64,000 bases of DNA from the human T2T-CHM13v2.0 reference genome, Homo sapiens. The translations under genes and the position numbers were made by a program. The notes beneath the pieces are model-generated. The model was given only the letters and a program-made list of their open reading frames with translations. It ran no database searches and was not told where the DNA came from. This document shows, one piece after another, positions 1 to 14,787 of the stretch (positions are counted from its first letter, which is position 1; every line of letters begins with the position of its first letter). The stretch lies in the NCBI RefSeq assembly GCF_009914755.1, contig NC_060934.1. One strand, 5' to 3'.

Positions 1-832
1 GATGACTTCTGAACCAAGTTTAAGGAGCTGGCCCCGGGTCTGAGCCTGGAGATCCACATCAACGTTCTGTGCAGGGTGCTGGGCGAGCTGAGCCTGGCCA
101 GGACTGACCTGGAGATGGGGATGGAAAGCCTGAAGGAGGAGCTGGCCTACCTGAAGAAAAATTGCCAGAAAGGAATTGTTGCCCTGAGGGGCCAGGTGGG
201 AGGCCTAGTCAGTGTGATGATAGATTCCCCTCCAGGCATCAACCCAGCCTAGATCCTGAACAACGACTTGAGAAGCAAATAGGAAGTCATGGCTGAGCAG
301 AACTAGGAGGGTGCTGAAGCCTGGTTAACCAGCCAGTCCCAGGAGCTGAATCAGGAGGTTACCAGCCACATGAGCAGCTCCAGATGAGCAAATTCAAGGT
401 CACTGACCTGCGGTGAACCCCCCAGGGTTTTGACATTGAGCTGCAGCAGCTCAGCATGAAAGCCGCCCTGGAAGGCACACTGGAAGAAACAAGGGCCCTC
501 TTTGGAGCCAAGCTGGCACAGATCCAGGCGCTGGTCAGGGGTGTTGAAGCCCAGCAGGGTGACGTGGGTGCTGACAGCCAGCAGCAGAACCAGCACCAGT
601 GGTTCATGGACATCAAGTCTCAGCTGGAGGAGGAGATTACTATCTACTGAAGCCTGTCCTTGGGCCAGGATGCCCAATAACAACCCTCCTGCCTCTAAGG
701 TCCTCTGAGTCCACTGGCTTCTGGGCTTCTGTCCTCCAGGAGAGGAGTTCCCCTGGGTAGGGGAAAGGGAGGGGAGGGACACTTACCCCTGGCTCTTTTC
801 CTGGCCAGCCAATAAAGTTTTATGGCCTAAGG
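1..832 (+). pseudogene. KRT19P4: Processed keratin 19 pseudogene, 3' portion (5' part lies outside the window)
   Basis: Translation follows KRT19 rod and tail without introns ([24 protein letters not shown]; [12 protein letters not shown]; [11 protein letters not shown]; ASKVL-stop, TGA 706-708). Premature stops at 10-12 (TGA) and 250-252 (TAG) plus frameshifts. KRT19-like 3' UTR with AATAAA at 811-816. The P4 number is from recalled position next to PBLD. Confidence 0.9.
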
Positions 833-1453
833 TGGGTGTAGGGGTGTGGGGAGGAGAAGTAGATTTCATAGTTGAAGGCTGAGGAGCCAATTGAGATTAA
901 AGGTGGGGCAGGACGCCGGAGGCGGTGCTACAAAAAAAGAACCCAAGAAGTCTGTGTGGAAAACTCTCTCAGGTCTTGGCCAATTCCTGGGCCATGTAAG
1001 AACAGTGACTAGAAGACGGAGTGCTGGGTGGAGATCTGGAGTTTTCACAGTGCTGGGAGACATTGGGATTTGGATCCAGCCAGAGTGGAGAAACTTCAGT
1101 GAACACCCAACATTCAGTTGAGACCCTAGCAAATTACACAGATGGGTTGAAAGTAAAAAGATGAAAAAGATAAACCCTGCAAACACTATCCAAAAGAAAA
1201 CAGTTGTGCTTTATTAATATAAAACAAAGTAGACTCTAAGACAAGAAATATTACAAGAGATATTATACCTTATTAAGAGGGCTAACAATCGTATACATTA
1301 AAAAATTAACATGTACCTAATAATACAGGTTCAAAATATGTAAAGGAGAACTTGACAGAACTAAAAACAGGGATAACATTCCATTTACATAGTTAGAGAT
1401 TTTAACAACTTCTCTGAGTAACTGATAGCAAAAGCATACAAAAACATCAGTAA

Positions 1454-1783
<330 letters not shown>

Positions 1784-1848
1784 TTAACTAACTTGGTCCA
1801 TAAAATATTGCACCAACAATATAGAAAACACATTCTTTTCAAGTACAC

Positions 1849-2232
1849 TAATATGGTTTGGATTTGTGTCCCCACCCAAATCTCATGTCAAATTGTAACC
1901 ACCATTGTTGTGGGAGGGGCCTGGTGGGAGGTGATTGAATCATGGAGGCAGACTTCCCCCTTGCTGTGCTCATGATAAGGAATGAGTTCTCATGAGACCT
2001 GGTTGCTTAAAAGTGTGTGGCACCTCTCCCCTCTCTCTCTCCCTCCTGCTCCAGCCATGTAAGACGTGACTCCTTCCTCTTCACCTTCCACTATGATTGT
2101 AAATTTCCTGTGGCCTCCCCAGCCATGCTTCCTGTACACGGTGTGGAACCATGAGCCAATTAAACCTCTTTTCTTTATAAATTATCCGGTCTCGGGTAGT
2201 TCTTTATAGCAATGCAAGAACAGACTAATACA
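1849..2232 (+). mobile_element. MaLR solo LTR (MSTA-like)
   Basis: Starts TAATATGGTTTGGATTTGTGTCCCCACCCAAATCTCATG, ends GACTAATACA; perfect 5-bp target duplication TACAC at 1844-1848 and 2233-2237. Confidence 0.9.
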
Positions 2233-2813
2233 TACACACAGAACATTTATCCAAGTAGACCATGTTTTGGGCCACAAACAAGTCTTCACAAATTTCAAGG
2301 GATTGAAATCAAACAGGACATGTTCTCTAAACATTGTGGGATAGAAAAATAAACTCAAAAGAAAGGAGAGGAAAGAAAATAATAAGAAAAAAGCAAAAAT
2401 CAATGATATCAAAAATAAATCTATGCTGGAAAAAATCCACAAAGACAAGAATTGATTTTTTGAGAGGAATAATAAAATTGATAAACTCCTAGCAACTAAT
2501 CCATAACAAAGAAAACACAAATTGTCATCTTTATGAATAAAATAAGGGATATCACTACATATCCTACAGACATTAAAAATGTGAAAAGATACTATGAACA
2601 ACCTTATGTCAACAAACTAAAAATAGAGATTTTCCAAGGAAAAAGTCCTTGGAAAGCACAATTTACCAAAACTGATACAAGAAATAGAAAATTTGAATGG
2701 TTATACAATTATTAACTATTCAATAGTTAAATAAATTAACTGGTCAACTGTTAAATAAATTGAATCAATTATTAAAAGGCTTCTACTGAGAAAACATCAA
2801 GGCCATATGGTTT

Positions 2814-3212
2814 TGGTCTCAGATTGGTTTCCCTGGAAACAGATTCTGAGATGCTGAATTTCATGCAGGAGTGGGAGACACATCTGTAGGAAACTGGTGT
2901 TTCTGACAGGATTGGCCAGAAATAAAAACTGACTCACAATGCAGTTGCAACCCAGGCCTCAGCCAAGCCCTAGAGCTGAGATAACCATTGAGAATTGAAT
3001 CAATTTGAGGAAAGGGGCTAGGCTTTAGTATTCCTATCTTAGCACCCTGAAAATAAGCTTAATCTTGGGTGAGGCAGTTCCCTGCAGCTGAAGGTAGCTC
3101 CCAAGGAGGAACATGTTGTGAGCTGTCAGCATCAGACATTTGAGCAGTTGGAGAAAGGGTGCATTAAACCTTAGAAGAGATTTAGGTTGAGTACCAGAGT
3201 ATCCAATAAGGT
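2814..3212. mobile_element. Old ERVL-type LTR remnant (LTR33/LTR16-like) inserted in L1
   Basis: GC-richer block interrupting L1; begins with a motif resembling LTR33-family ends (TCTCAGATTGGTTTCCCTGGAAACAGATTCTGAGATG). Family assignment is by memory only. Confidence 0.45.
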
Positions 3213-3896
3213 TGCACTGGTGATTTTTCCAAACATGTAAGGAATAAAATCTTACACAAACTCTTCCAGAGAATAGGAAAAGAGGAATCAATTCTCAACT
3301 CATTTTATGAGGTTGACACTAAAACTTAACAAGGACATTAGGAGAAAGGAAAATTATAGATCAATATCACTTATTAATATATAGTCAATATCCTAAATAA
3401 AATATAAACAAATAGAATCTAACAATACATAAAATAAGAAAATATTATTACCAATTAGTATGTATTTCAGGAATATAAGGTTGGTTTAACATCTGAAATC
3501 AAGGTATTTCATCCACACTAACAAAATAAAGGAGAAAATCCATAGGATAATTTCAATAAAGAAGGAAAAGCATTTTACAATATGCAACATCTATTCACGC
3601 CAAAAGAAAATGTTCAGTTGGGCAAGGTGGTTCACACCTGTAATGCCAACACTTTGGGATTCTGAGGTGAGGAGATCACTTGAAGCCAGGAGTTTCAGAC
3701 CAGCCTGGGCAACATAGCAAGACTCCATCGCTACAAAAAAATTTTTTTAAATTAACTGGGCATGGTGGCATGCACCCGTAATCTCAGCTACTCAGGAGGC
3801 TGAGGTGGGAGGATCGCTTGATCCCAGGAGTTCAAGGCTGTTAAGCTATGATCCCACTAGTAAACTGTAGCCTGAGTGACAGAGCAAGACCCTCTC

Positions 3897-3963
3897 GAAA
3901 GAAAGAAAGAAAGGAAGGAAGGAAGGAAGGAAGGAAAGAAAAAAGGAAGGAAGGAAGGAAGGA
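3897..3963 (+). repeat. (GAAA)n/(GGAA)n purine microsatellite at an Alu tail
   Basis: Directly visible tandem repeat. Confidence 0.95.
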
Positions 3964-4048
3964 GAGTTCTCAGCAGACTAAACAGAAGAAAAATTTCTTA
4001 ATCTGATATCTACAAGAAAGCTACAGCTAACATCATATTCAATGGTGA

Positions 4049-4354
<306 letters not shown>

Positions 4355-4685
4355 TGATCCACCCACCTCAGCCTCCTAAAGTGCTGGGATTACAAGCGAG
4401 AGCCACTGTACCCGGCAGGATGTTCACTCTTATCACTTCTACTCACTATTGTACCAGAGGTCTCAGCCAGTGCAATAAGGCAAGAAAAGGAAATAAGGGG
4501 TAAAAGGTAGAAAGGAAGAAATAAAAATGTCTTTGTTATTCATAAATGGCATGACTGTTTATGTAGAAAAACCAAAAGAATCTATAAGCTGCCAGGTGCA
4601 GTGGCTCGTGCCTGTAATCCCAGCACTTTGGGAGGCTGAGGTGGGCGGATCACTTGAGGTCAGGAGTTCAAGACAAGTCTGGTCA

Positions 4686-4823
<138 letters not shown>

Positions 4824-5936
4824 TCATCCCTCCGCACTCCAGCTTGGGCAGCAAAGTGAGACTCCATCTCAAAAAAAGAATCTACAAGCAACTAGAATTA
4901 ATAAATTCTATTAAGGTCACTGAAAAGAAGACAAAACATATAAAATCAGTTGCATATATATTTATAATAAATTACTGGAAGATGAAATTTTCTTTTTCCT
5001 TTTTTTTTTTTTTTTTTTTTTGAGACTGGGTCTCATGTTGGAGTGCAGTGGCAAAATCATAGGTCACTGCAGCTTTGCAGCCTTGATCTCCCAGGCTGAG
5101 ACTACAGGCACATGCCACCAGGCCTACCTAATTTTTTTTTTTTTTTTTAAGTAGAGATGAGGTCTCCCTCTATTACCCAGGCTGGTCTCAAACTCCTGAG
5201 CTCAAGCAATCCTCCCACCTCGGCCTCCCACAGTGCTGGATTACCGGTATGAGCCACCTCACCCAGCCTGAAATTTTAAACTACCATTTATGATAACATT
5301 TTTAAAAATCACAAACCTGGAAATAAATCTAGTGAAAGATGTGTAAGTCCTACACTGAAAATTACAAAATATTGCTAAGAGAAATAGAAAAACTTAAACA
5401 TGTGGAAGGAAAATTCATTGATTAGAAGACTAAATCTTGTTAAGATATCAGCTCTCTATAGATTCATCTGTAGAGTCAATGCAATCTAAATAAAATTCTC
5501 AGCAAGATTTTAAAGACTTTGTCATCCTCAAAAGTTGGCTAACTTACACTTTCAGCTATTGAAATGTGCTATAATGTTACATTAAATTAAGACCGCATGT
5601 TGGTGCAAAGATAAATAGGCCAGTGGAACACAGTAGAAAATCCAGAAAAATACCCCACAGATACAGTTGGTTGATTTGAGGTAAGAACACTACTGAATTT
5701 AGTGGGGGAAAGTGGTTTTTTCAGTCGGCAGTGCCAGAGCAGTTGGTTATCCACATAGAAAAAGAATGAATCTTGACCCCTACCTTACAATACATAAAAA
5801 TTAATTTGAGGGGCCAGGCGTGGTGGTTCACGCATGTAATCCCAGCACTTTGGAAGGCCAAGTGATCAGGCGGGCAGATCACCTGAGGTCAGGAGTTCAA
5901 GACCAGCCTGGCTAACATGGTGAAACCTCTTCTCTA

Positions 5937-6122
<186 letters not shown>

Positions 6123-7797
6123 TCAGGTAGGTCATAGATCTACATGTGAAAAGTAAAATAATTTCTAAAAGAAAACATAGAGAGAAATTTTCATATTCTT
6201 GGGGAAGGCAAAGATTTCTTAGACTGAACACAAAAAACACTAATCATAAAAGATCAGATTGATAAATTAGGCTTTATTAAAATAATTTGTTATTAAAATA
6301 TACCATTAAGAAAGTGAATGAAGATGCCACAAACTAGGAGAAAATATTCACAGTATATACATCTGATGAAGGATTCATATCCAAAGTATATAAAGAACTC
6401 CTACAAATCAATAAAAAAGACAACTCAGTTGTGAAGTAGACAAAAATTTGAACCAGCATTTTGACAAAAGAAGATCCCAAATGTCCAACAAACCTATGAT
6501 GAAGTTGTTCAATAACAGAACTCGCTGGGGTATGCAACTTAAAACCCACAATGAGATAGCACTATACTCTCCCAAAATGACTAAAATTAAAGAGTGACAC
6601 TACCAAATGCTGGTGGGAATGTAGAGCAAGTAGAACTCTCAGATGTTACTGGTGAAAAGCGTACGTTCATTCAACTGCATTAGAAAACCATTTGGCAGTA
6701 TCAAAGTTAAACATATAATAAATCTGTTACTCAATTATACTCCTAAGTATGCTCTTCAAAGTAAATGCATGTATATGTCTACCAAAAGACATGTACAAGA
6801 ATGTATTTATAACCAAAAACTAGGAACAACCCAAATGATCACGAACAAATGGTAAAAATAAAGCATAATATAGTTACACAATGAAATGCTATACAGCAAT
6901 AAAAAAGAATAAACTCACCATCATGTATAAATCTAAAAAACATTATGTTGAATGAAAGAAACCAAAACCAAACAGTATATACTTTATGAATCTATTTATA
7001 AAAGCTAAAGAATAGGCTGGGCACAGTGGCTCACATCTGTAACCTCAGCACTTTGGGAGGCCAAGGCAGGCAGATTGCTTGAGCTCAGGAGTTCAAGACC
7101 AGCCTAAGCAACATGGTAAAACCTCGTCTCTACAAAGAATACTAAAATTAGCCAGGTGTGATGGCGTGCACCTACTGTAGTCCCAGCTATTCAAGAGGCT
7201 GAGGTGGGAGAATTCCTTGAGCCTGGAAGGTTGAGGCTGCAGTGAGCCATGATCCAGCCACTGTACTCTAGCTAGCCAGACGACAGAGCAAGACCCTGTC
7301 TCAAAAAAAAAAAAAAAAGCCCAACAATAAGCAACCAATTTATAGTGATAGAAGTTTCAGAATAGTGATAATTTTAGGGAGTGAGATATGGAGAGTTATT
7401 TTGCTTTGTTTTATTTTGCCAAGAAAGAGCATGAGGGAACATTCTAGGCTGATGGGAACATTCTATATCTTGATCTGGATGGCTGATACACATTGTATAC
7501 TTATGTTAAAACACATATAATATTGGCTGGGGACGACGGCACTTCGGGAGGCTGAGGCAGGTGCGATCACTTGAGGTCAGGAGTTCAAGACAAGCCTCAC
7601 CAACATGGTGAAACTCCATCTCTACTAAAAATACAAAAATTAGCTGGGCGTGACGGCACATGCTTGTAATCCCAGCTACTTGGGAGGCTGAAACAGGAGA
7701 ATCACTTCAACCCAGGAGATGGAGGTTGCAGTGAGCCAAGATCGTGCCATTGTACTCCAGTCTGGGCAACAAGAGCGAAACTCAGACAAAAAAAAAA

Positions 7798-7826
7798 AGA
7801 TAGATAGATAGATAGATGATAGATAG

Positions 7827-7857
<31 letters not shown>

Positions 7858-7869
7858 GATAGATAGATA
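7798..7869 (+). repeat. (GATA)n tetranucleotide STR at an Alu tail
   Basis: Imperfect GATA array directly after the Alu poly(A). Confidence 0.97.
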
Positions 7870-9554
7870 AAAATAATACATATGTGCTGAACAGCTCCCA
7901 CACATTGGGCAATTTCCTTACCCCACCATGGGAAAAAAGACTAGAGGTTTTTTCTTTGGAGAATATAAAACAGAAGAAGAAGATCTCAAGACTCAAAGGC
8001 ACCAAGCACAACTGAAGGAGGGATACCTTACTGAACATCAGGGGCTTAAGTAAACCTATGCATGTCAAATGCTGTTTCATCCCACCTTTTTCCTCACTTG
8101 ACTCCCTGAACTGAAAACTTACCCTCATGTCTCGTTGGCCAGAATTGTATCACATATTCATTCCTAAACCAAGGAACAGGATAGGAAATGTCCAAGATGG
8201 AGGAATCCAGAAAAATCAAGACAACCTTGAAGTTTGTCATCACTATCATCATCCCCCTCATCATCACACATTTATCATACGTTCATACAACACAGACTTG
8301 ATTCCGTTACCTACTAGACCAAAATTAAACAAATATTGTTCGTGCAGCCATTATTCTGAGAAGCTACCAAATTCCCAGGACAACGTCTCTAACTTGGTTG
8401 AGCGTGAGTAGCATGCCCACTCTCTGATTTGCAGGAAGAGATGGCATCTGGCCACATTGGCTTCCATGATAGAAGTTGGGTACTACCTCCTTAGACTACT
8501 CACAATGAGAATTTCCCAATTTCAGGTGCCAGGACAATGGTGTTTGGATGCTGAATAACCCCAAATGACAAATATTCATTCCCAAGAAAAAGTCATGAAC
8601 TGCCTTTAATCTACCTTGAGCTAAAATTTGAAAACACTTTCCCTGTTATTTATCTGTCTTTGAGTTTATCTGATACCTTTTTAACTGGACAGTCTCATTT
8701 CTTTCCTTGCTCCAATAGCACAAGGCTATAAATTCTCTTTTTGTGATTCAACATGCAGGAGTGTTCCTGGTCTCTAGGAGTTCACCATCTCCCACTCACT
8801 TGATGCTCTGAATAAAGTGCAAAGGCCTGGTATGTAATTTTCACTCTTTCTTCTCTAAGTCCCGTCCCATTAACCAATGGTCTCCATTATAGTAGATTGC
8901 ATATGTGTAAACAGAAAATATGATTGAGCAATATACTTCGCCTATAACAGATCTCACTAGAATACTACATGAGTTTTGTTGTATGGATCAATTCCTGCTG
9001 GAAAAAAGTACAATATTAATGTGCAGTGATTAATTAACATTGCCAAGTCAATTCCCTAATATTGCATAAAATAAAGTTTGTTTTGGCTCCCTTAAAAATG
9101 AGTATGTTTTATTCTTGCAGGTCTCAGCAACCCAACTTGTTCTGCATATGGTTGCATGTTTAATTAGTGATCCTTCTGTAAGACTCTGCAATTAGCACCC
9201 TGATGATTAATAAAACAACTCCTTTAAAGCTCCATTTAGCTAGCAGAACTGCACAATCAGGTATAATTAATTCATCATTAATAAATCATGGCTGATTAAC
9301 TAATCTGTTTATTACCAACACATTACTGAACAGCTCCCACCTGAGCACAGCTAATTTTTCTATGCTGAACAGAGCTAGAAGCTAATAAAAAATTAAAAAA
9401 AAATAAAAGCTTCTCTAAAAGTGCACTAAGTAGCAAGTGTGTTGGTATAGTCAGGGAGATCATGGGACAATGCATATTTAAAAGTTATTGAACTGCACAG
9501 GCAATTGTCACTCAAGAGTGAAGAAAATGGTGGCTAAGTCTGAAAGCCTAAACA

Positions 9555-10050
<496 letters not shown>

Positions 10051-11104
10051 TCTACCTTTACTCATATACTGGGAATGACTCACCATTGCTATGATTTCTA
10101 AGTCCTTTTTATAGATTTTAATAGTTTCCAAAATAAAACACCAGTAAGAATAACTTTCAGTATTGTTTATCTGTCCTTGTGTTTACATGTTATCTATTCA
10201 ACTGGAATGTTAGTTTAAAAATTGCTGTTTTTTTAATTTCTTTCTGTGTGCCCCCAGAACCTAACAACTACTTTCTAGATGTAGAAACCCTAGACAAAAC
10301 CCACACATGCCCTGAGCGTTCATCTCTGAGTCTTTGCTCATACCCTGATATTTCTAAGCCCTTTTCTTCAATACTCCCCTGCTATCGCCCTTGGTGTCTG
10401 TGCCATATGTAGGCCTTAATCACAGACCCACACAAGAGCTCATTATCTTTTCATAAAAGGATGAGCCTGGTCTCCACAGTTAGCATGAGTCCCTTGAGAG
10501 CCGGGTAAGCTCCCTCTCTAATCATGTTTGCCGCCTGCCCCCCAGCTCTCTGCCCTGCCAACTTCTAGCAGAGTGTCTTACATTGCTTTTTACCAACCAT
10601 GTAAGATTGCTTTACAACACATCTGACCCCAGGCTGTGAAATCAGATCCCAGCTGGGTACCTAACTCGCAGGATACAGGGATGGACAGCGGGGGGATTCC
10701 CCTCCTGAAGAGAACTTGGAAAGAGGAAAACAATTCACCCTCTGAGAGTTAAGCCACAAAACAAACAAAAGAATGAAAGAAAAAAAAGACAGATAAACTT
10801 AAAGCAGTGGTTCTCAGCAGAATAATGGATTTTCCCCTTGGCAACCACCTCCCTGGGACATTGGGCAATGTCTAGCAACATTAAAGGAACAGAATGGCTT
10901 GACTATAATCTGATCCACGTGGAAAGACAGCACTGGTTAGCATGGAAGCTCTGGAAAAGCTTGCTCAGGGAGTCACGCTTTGGCAGGGCCCAGGCAGGTC
11001 TTATCTGAGAGAAAGGCTAAGGCATGGAAACAAGAATCCAGACTGTGCTATGAGGCAGGTTACATACAGTAGACTCACATCTCATGAAGTGCAGGCTAAA
11101 GTCA

Positions 11105-11653
<549 letters not shown>

Positions 11654-12027
11654 TTAACTGGATATTCAATAATATTAAGTAATTGTTGCTAATGTTTTGG
11701 ATAGTAGTTTTCTATTGCTGCACCAATATTACCACAAACTTAGTAGCTGAAAACAACACACATCTATTATTTCACAGTTTCTGTGGATCAGAAGTCCAGG
11801 CACAACTGAGTTCTCTTCAAAGCTGCAATCAAGGTGTTAGCGAGGGTTGGGGTCTCAGTCTCATAAGAATGCTCAACTGGGGAAAGATCTGCTTCCAAAT
11901 TTATCCAGGTTGTTGGCAAAATTCAGGTCCTTGCTTTCATAGGACCGAGAGCTTCATTTTCCTGCTGGCTATTGGCTACAGGCTGCCCTCAGCTTTTAGA
12001 GACCACCCTGAGTTCCTTTTGGGTTGC

Positions 12028-12785
12028 TGTAAACCAAAAATAAAATTCTAAGCCCCTCAGCCATCTGAATGGACCCCTCTTCTTGGCAAGGGCATTCCAA
12101 ACTTAACCTGAAAAACTAGCTCAGGCCATGATGGGAAGGGGACATGACTTGTTATACCCTCCTCCCTTTTGGCATTACTGATAGAACAGACTCTAAGTCT
12201 GATAAGAAACATTTACAATCTTTCTCTCTCCAGCCTGCTCCTGGAGGCTTCAACTGCATGATAAAACTTTGGCAAGAAGAGGGAGAGCATTAGGACAAAT
12301 ACCTAATGCATGCAGGGCTTAAAACCTAGATTGTTGATAGGTGCAACAAACCACCATGGCCCATGTATACCTATGTAACAAACCTGCACATTCTGCACAT
12401 GTATCCCGAAACTTAAAATTAAAAAAAAAAAAAAAAAAAAAAACCTTGGTCTCCACAACCCATTATCATAACCCAGACATTCCTTTCTATTGATAATAAC
12501 CCTTTCAACCAATTGCCAATCAGAACATCTTTGAATCCACCTATGACCTGGAAGCCCCTGTTCCCAGTTGTCTCACCTTTCCAGACCGAATCAATGAACA
12601 TCTTACATGTATTGATTGATTGATGCCTTATGTCTTCTCTAAAATGTACAAAACCAAGCTGTAGCTGGACCACCTTGGCACATGTCATCAGGACACCCTG
12701 AGGCTGTCACAGGCATGTCCTTAACTTTGGCAAAATAAGTTTTCTAAATTGATTGAGACATGTCTCAGATAGTTTTTGGTTTATA
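12028..12785 (+). mobile_element. ERV1 MER4-family solo LTR
   Basis: Starts TGTAAACCAAAAATAAAATTCTAAGCCCC; ends ..GACCACCTTGGCACATGTCATCAGGAC..AAATTGATTGAGACATGTCTCAGATAG..; subfamily not resolved. Confidence 0.75.
12273..12443 (+). mobile_element. 5'-truncated L1PA 3' end with poly(A), inserted in the MER4 LTR
   Basis: GCATTAGGACAAATACCTAATGCATGC..TATACCTATGTAACAAACCTGCACATTCTGCACATGTATCCC..A tail; flanks AAAACTTTGG (12263-12272) and AAAACCTTGG (12440-12449). Confidence 0.9.
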
Positions 12786-13260
12786 TTCCCCAACATGGTA
12801 CCTTGCATCCTCATAGCCAGCAAGGGAGAGGGAGTCTCCAACAAGACCATGCTACAATCTTATATAACATAACCATGCAATACATATATGTAATCACATA
12901 CATTTCATCATCTTTGTTGTACTTATTGGTTATAAGCAAGTCACTCTCAAGGGGAGGTGATCACATAAGTGCTTGAACACCAGACCACCTTAATGGTCTG
13001 TCTATCACAGAAGTGATATTAGTGTTAAGGTTACTTTTTTTTAAGAGTACTTATATTTAAAAGATAAATACTTAAATATTTGCTGATGAGAGTGTATGAT
13101 TTCTTCAAAATAATCCAAGGGAGAAAAGAAGTGGGCTCTGAAGTGGGGTATAGATGATTGGCCATGCACTAAAACTGCTGAACCTGAGGGATAGGTTCAT
13201 GGGGGCTCATCACACTATTCTATACCTTTGAATATGTTTGAAATTTTCATAATAAAATTA

Positions 13261-13587
<327 letters not shown>

Positions 13588-13624
13588 TCAAAAAAGTAAA
13601 TAAAAATAAAAGATAAAGACACCA

Positions 13625-14135
13625 TGTGCATTCATTTTCTTTTGCTGCAAAACAAATTACATCAAATTTAGCTACTTAAAACTACAAACGTTTATTATCT
13701 CAGTCTCTGTGGGTTAACAATCTGGAGTAGCATAGCTGGGTACCTCTGGTTCAGGGTTTCTCACAAGGCTACTGTCAAGGTGTCAGCAGGATGGCATCAT
13801 CTGAGGATGACCGGAGCGGGAAGGTCCACTTCCAAGCTCATTTATGTGGCTGTTGGTCAAAGGCCTCAGTTCATTGCTGCGTGGGCTTCTTCTTAAGGCT
13901 GCTCATGATGAGGCAGCTGGCTTCCCACAGGGCAAGGGATTCAAGAGAGGGAGGTAGACGGACAGAAACTGACCAAAACAGAAGATGCAGCCTTTTATAA
14001 CCTAACTGCATTACCTCTGGATATTCCACTGGTCTCACAGACCAATCATGGTGCAATGTGGGAGGGGACTGCCTAAGGGCCTGATAGCAGAAGATGGGGA
14101 TCATTGGAAACCATTTTGGAGGCAGGCTACCATAG
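13625..14135 (-). mobile_element. MLT1-type MaLR LTR remnant
   Basis: TTTGCTGCAAAACAAATTACATCAAATTTAGCTACTTAAAAC..TTTATTATCTCAGTCTCTGTGGG..GGAGGCAGGCTACCATA pattern typical of reverse MLT1. Confidence 0.65.
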
Positions 14136-14628
14136 CGCATAAGGCAAAAATTAAGTTTTCCAAGATTATCCTTGAAAATCCCACAAATAGGCCGGGTGTG
14201 GTGGCTCACACCTGTAATCCCAATACTTTGGGAGGCCAAGGCAGGCAGATCTTTTGAGGTCAGGAGTTCGACACCAGCCTGGCCAATATGGCGAAACTCT
14301 GTTTCTACTAAAAATACAAAAATCAGCCAGGTGTGGTGGCAGGCGCCTGTAGTCCCAGCAACTCAGGAGGCTGAGGCAAGAGAATCACTTGAAACCATGA
14401 GGCAGAGGTTGCAGTGAGCCAATACCACGACATTGCACTCCAGCCTGGGCGACAGAGCGAGACTTTGTCTCAAAAAAAAAAAGAAAGAAAGAAAATCCCA
14501 TTAATAACCTGTAAAGCATAGTTGACAGACACACCAGTTCACAAGCATAGCACTACCAGTTTTTTCCTACAGTGCTAGAACAAATCACTGTTTTGTTGAG
14601 TGTCCGACAAAGATGTTTGCTTGAACTA

Positions 14629-14787
<159 letters not shown>

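Larger units (their letters stand above)
11703..13010 (-). mobile_element. MLT1-type MaLR LTR split by a MER4-family LTR
   Basis: MLT1-like text (TAGTTTTCTATTGCTGC..ACCACAAACTTAGTAGCTGAAAACAACAC..CACAGTTTCTGTGGATCAGAAGTCCAGG) stops at 12027 and resumes after 12785. Confidence 0.65.

Noticed and set aside
351-782. 143-aa minus-strand ORF and short plus-strand ORFs
   Set aside because: Antisense shadow and fragments of the disabled KRT19 pseudogene.
8860-9540. Identity with the described ATOH7 remote enhancer deleted in congenital retinal non-attachment
   Set aside because: By recalled distances that element is closer to ATOH7 and left of this window; it cannot be equated from sequence alone.
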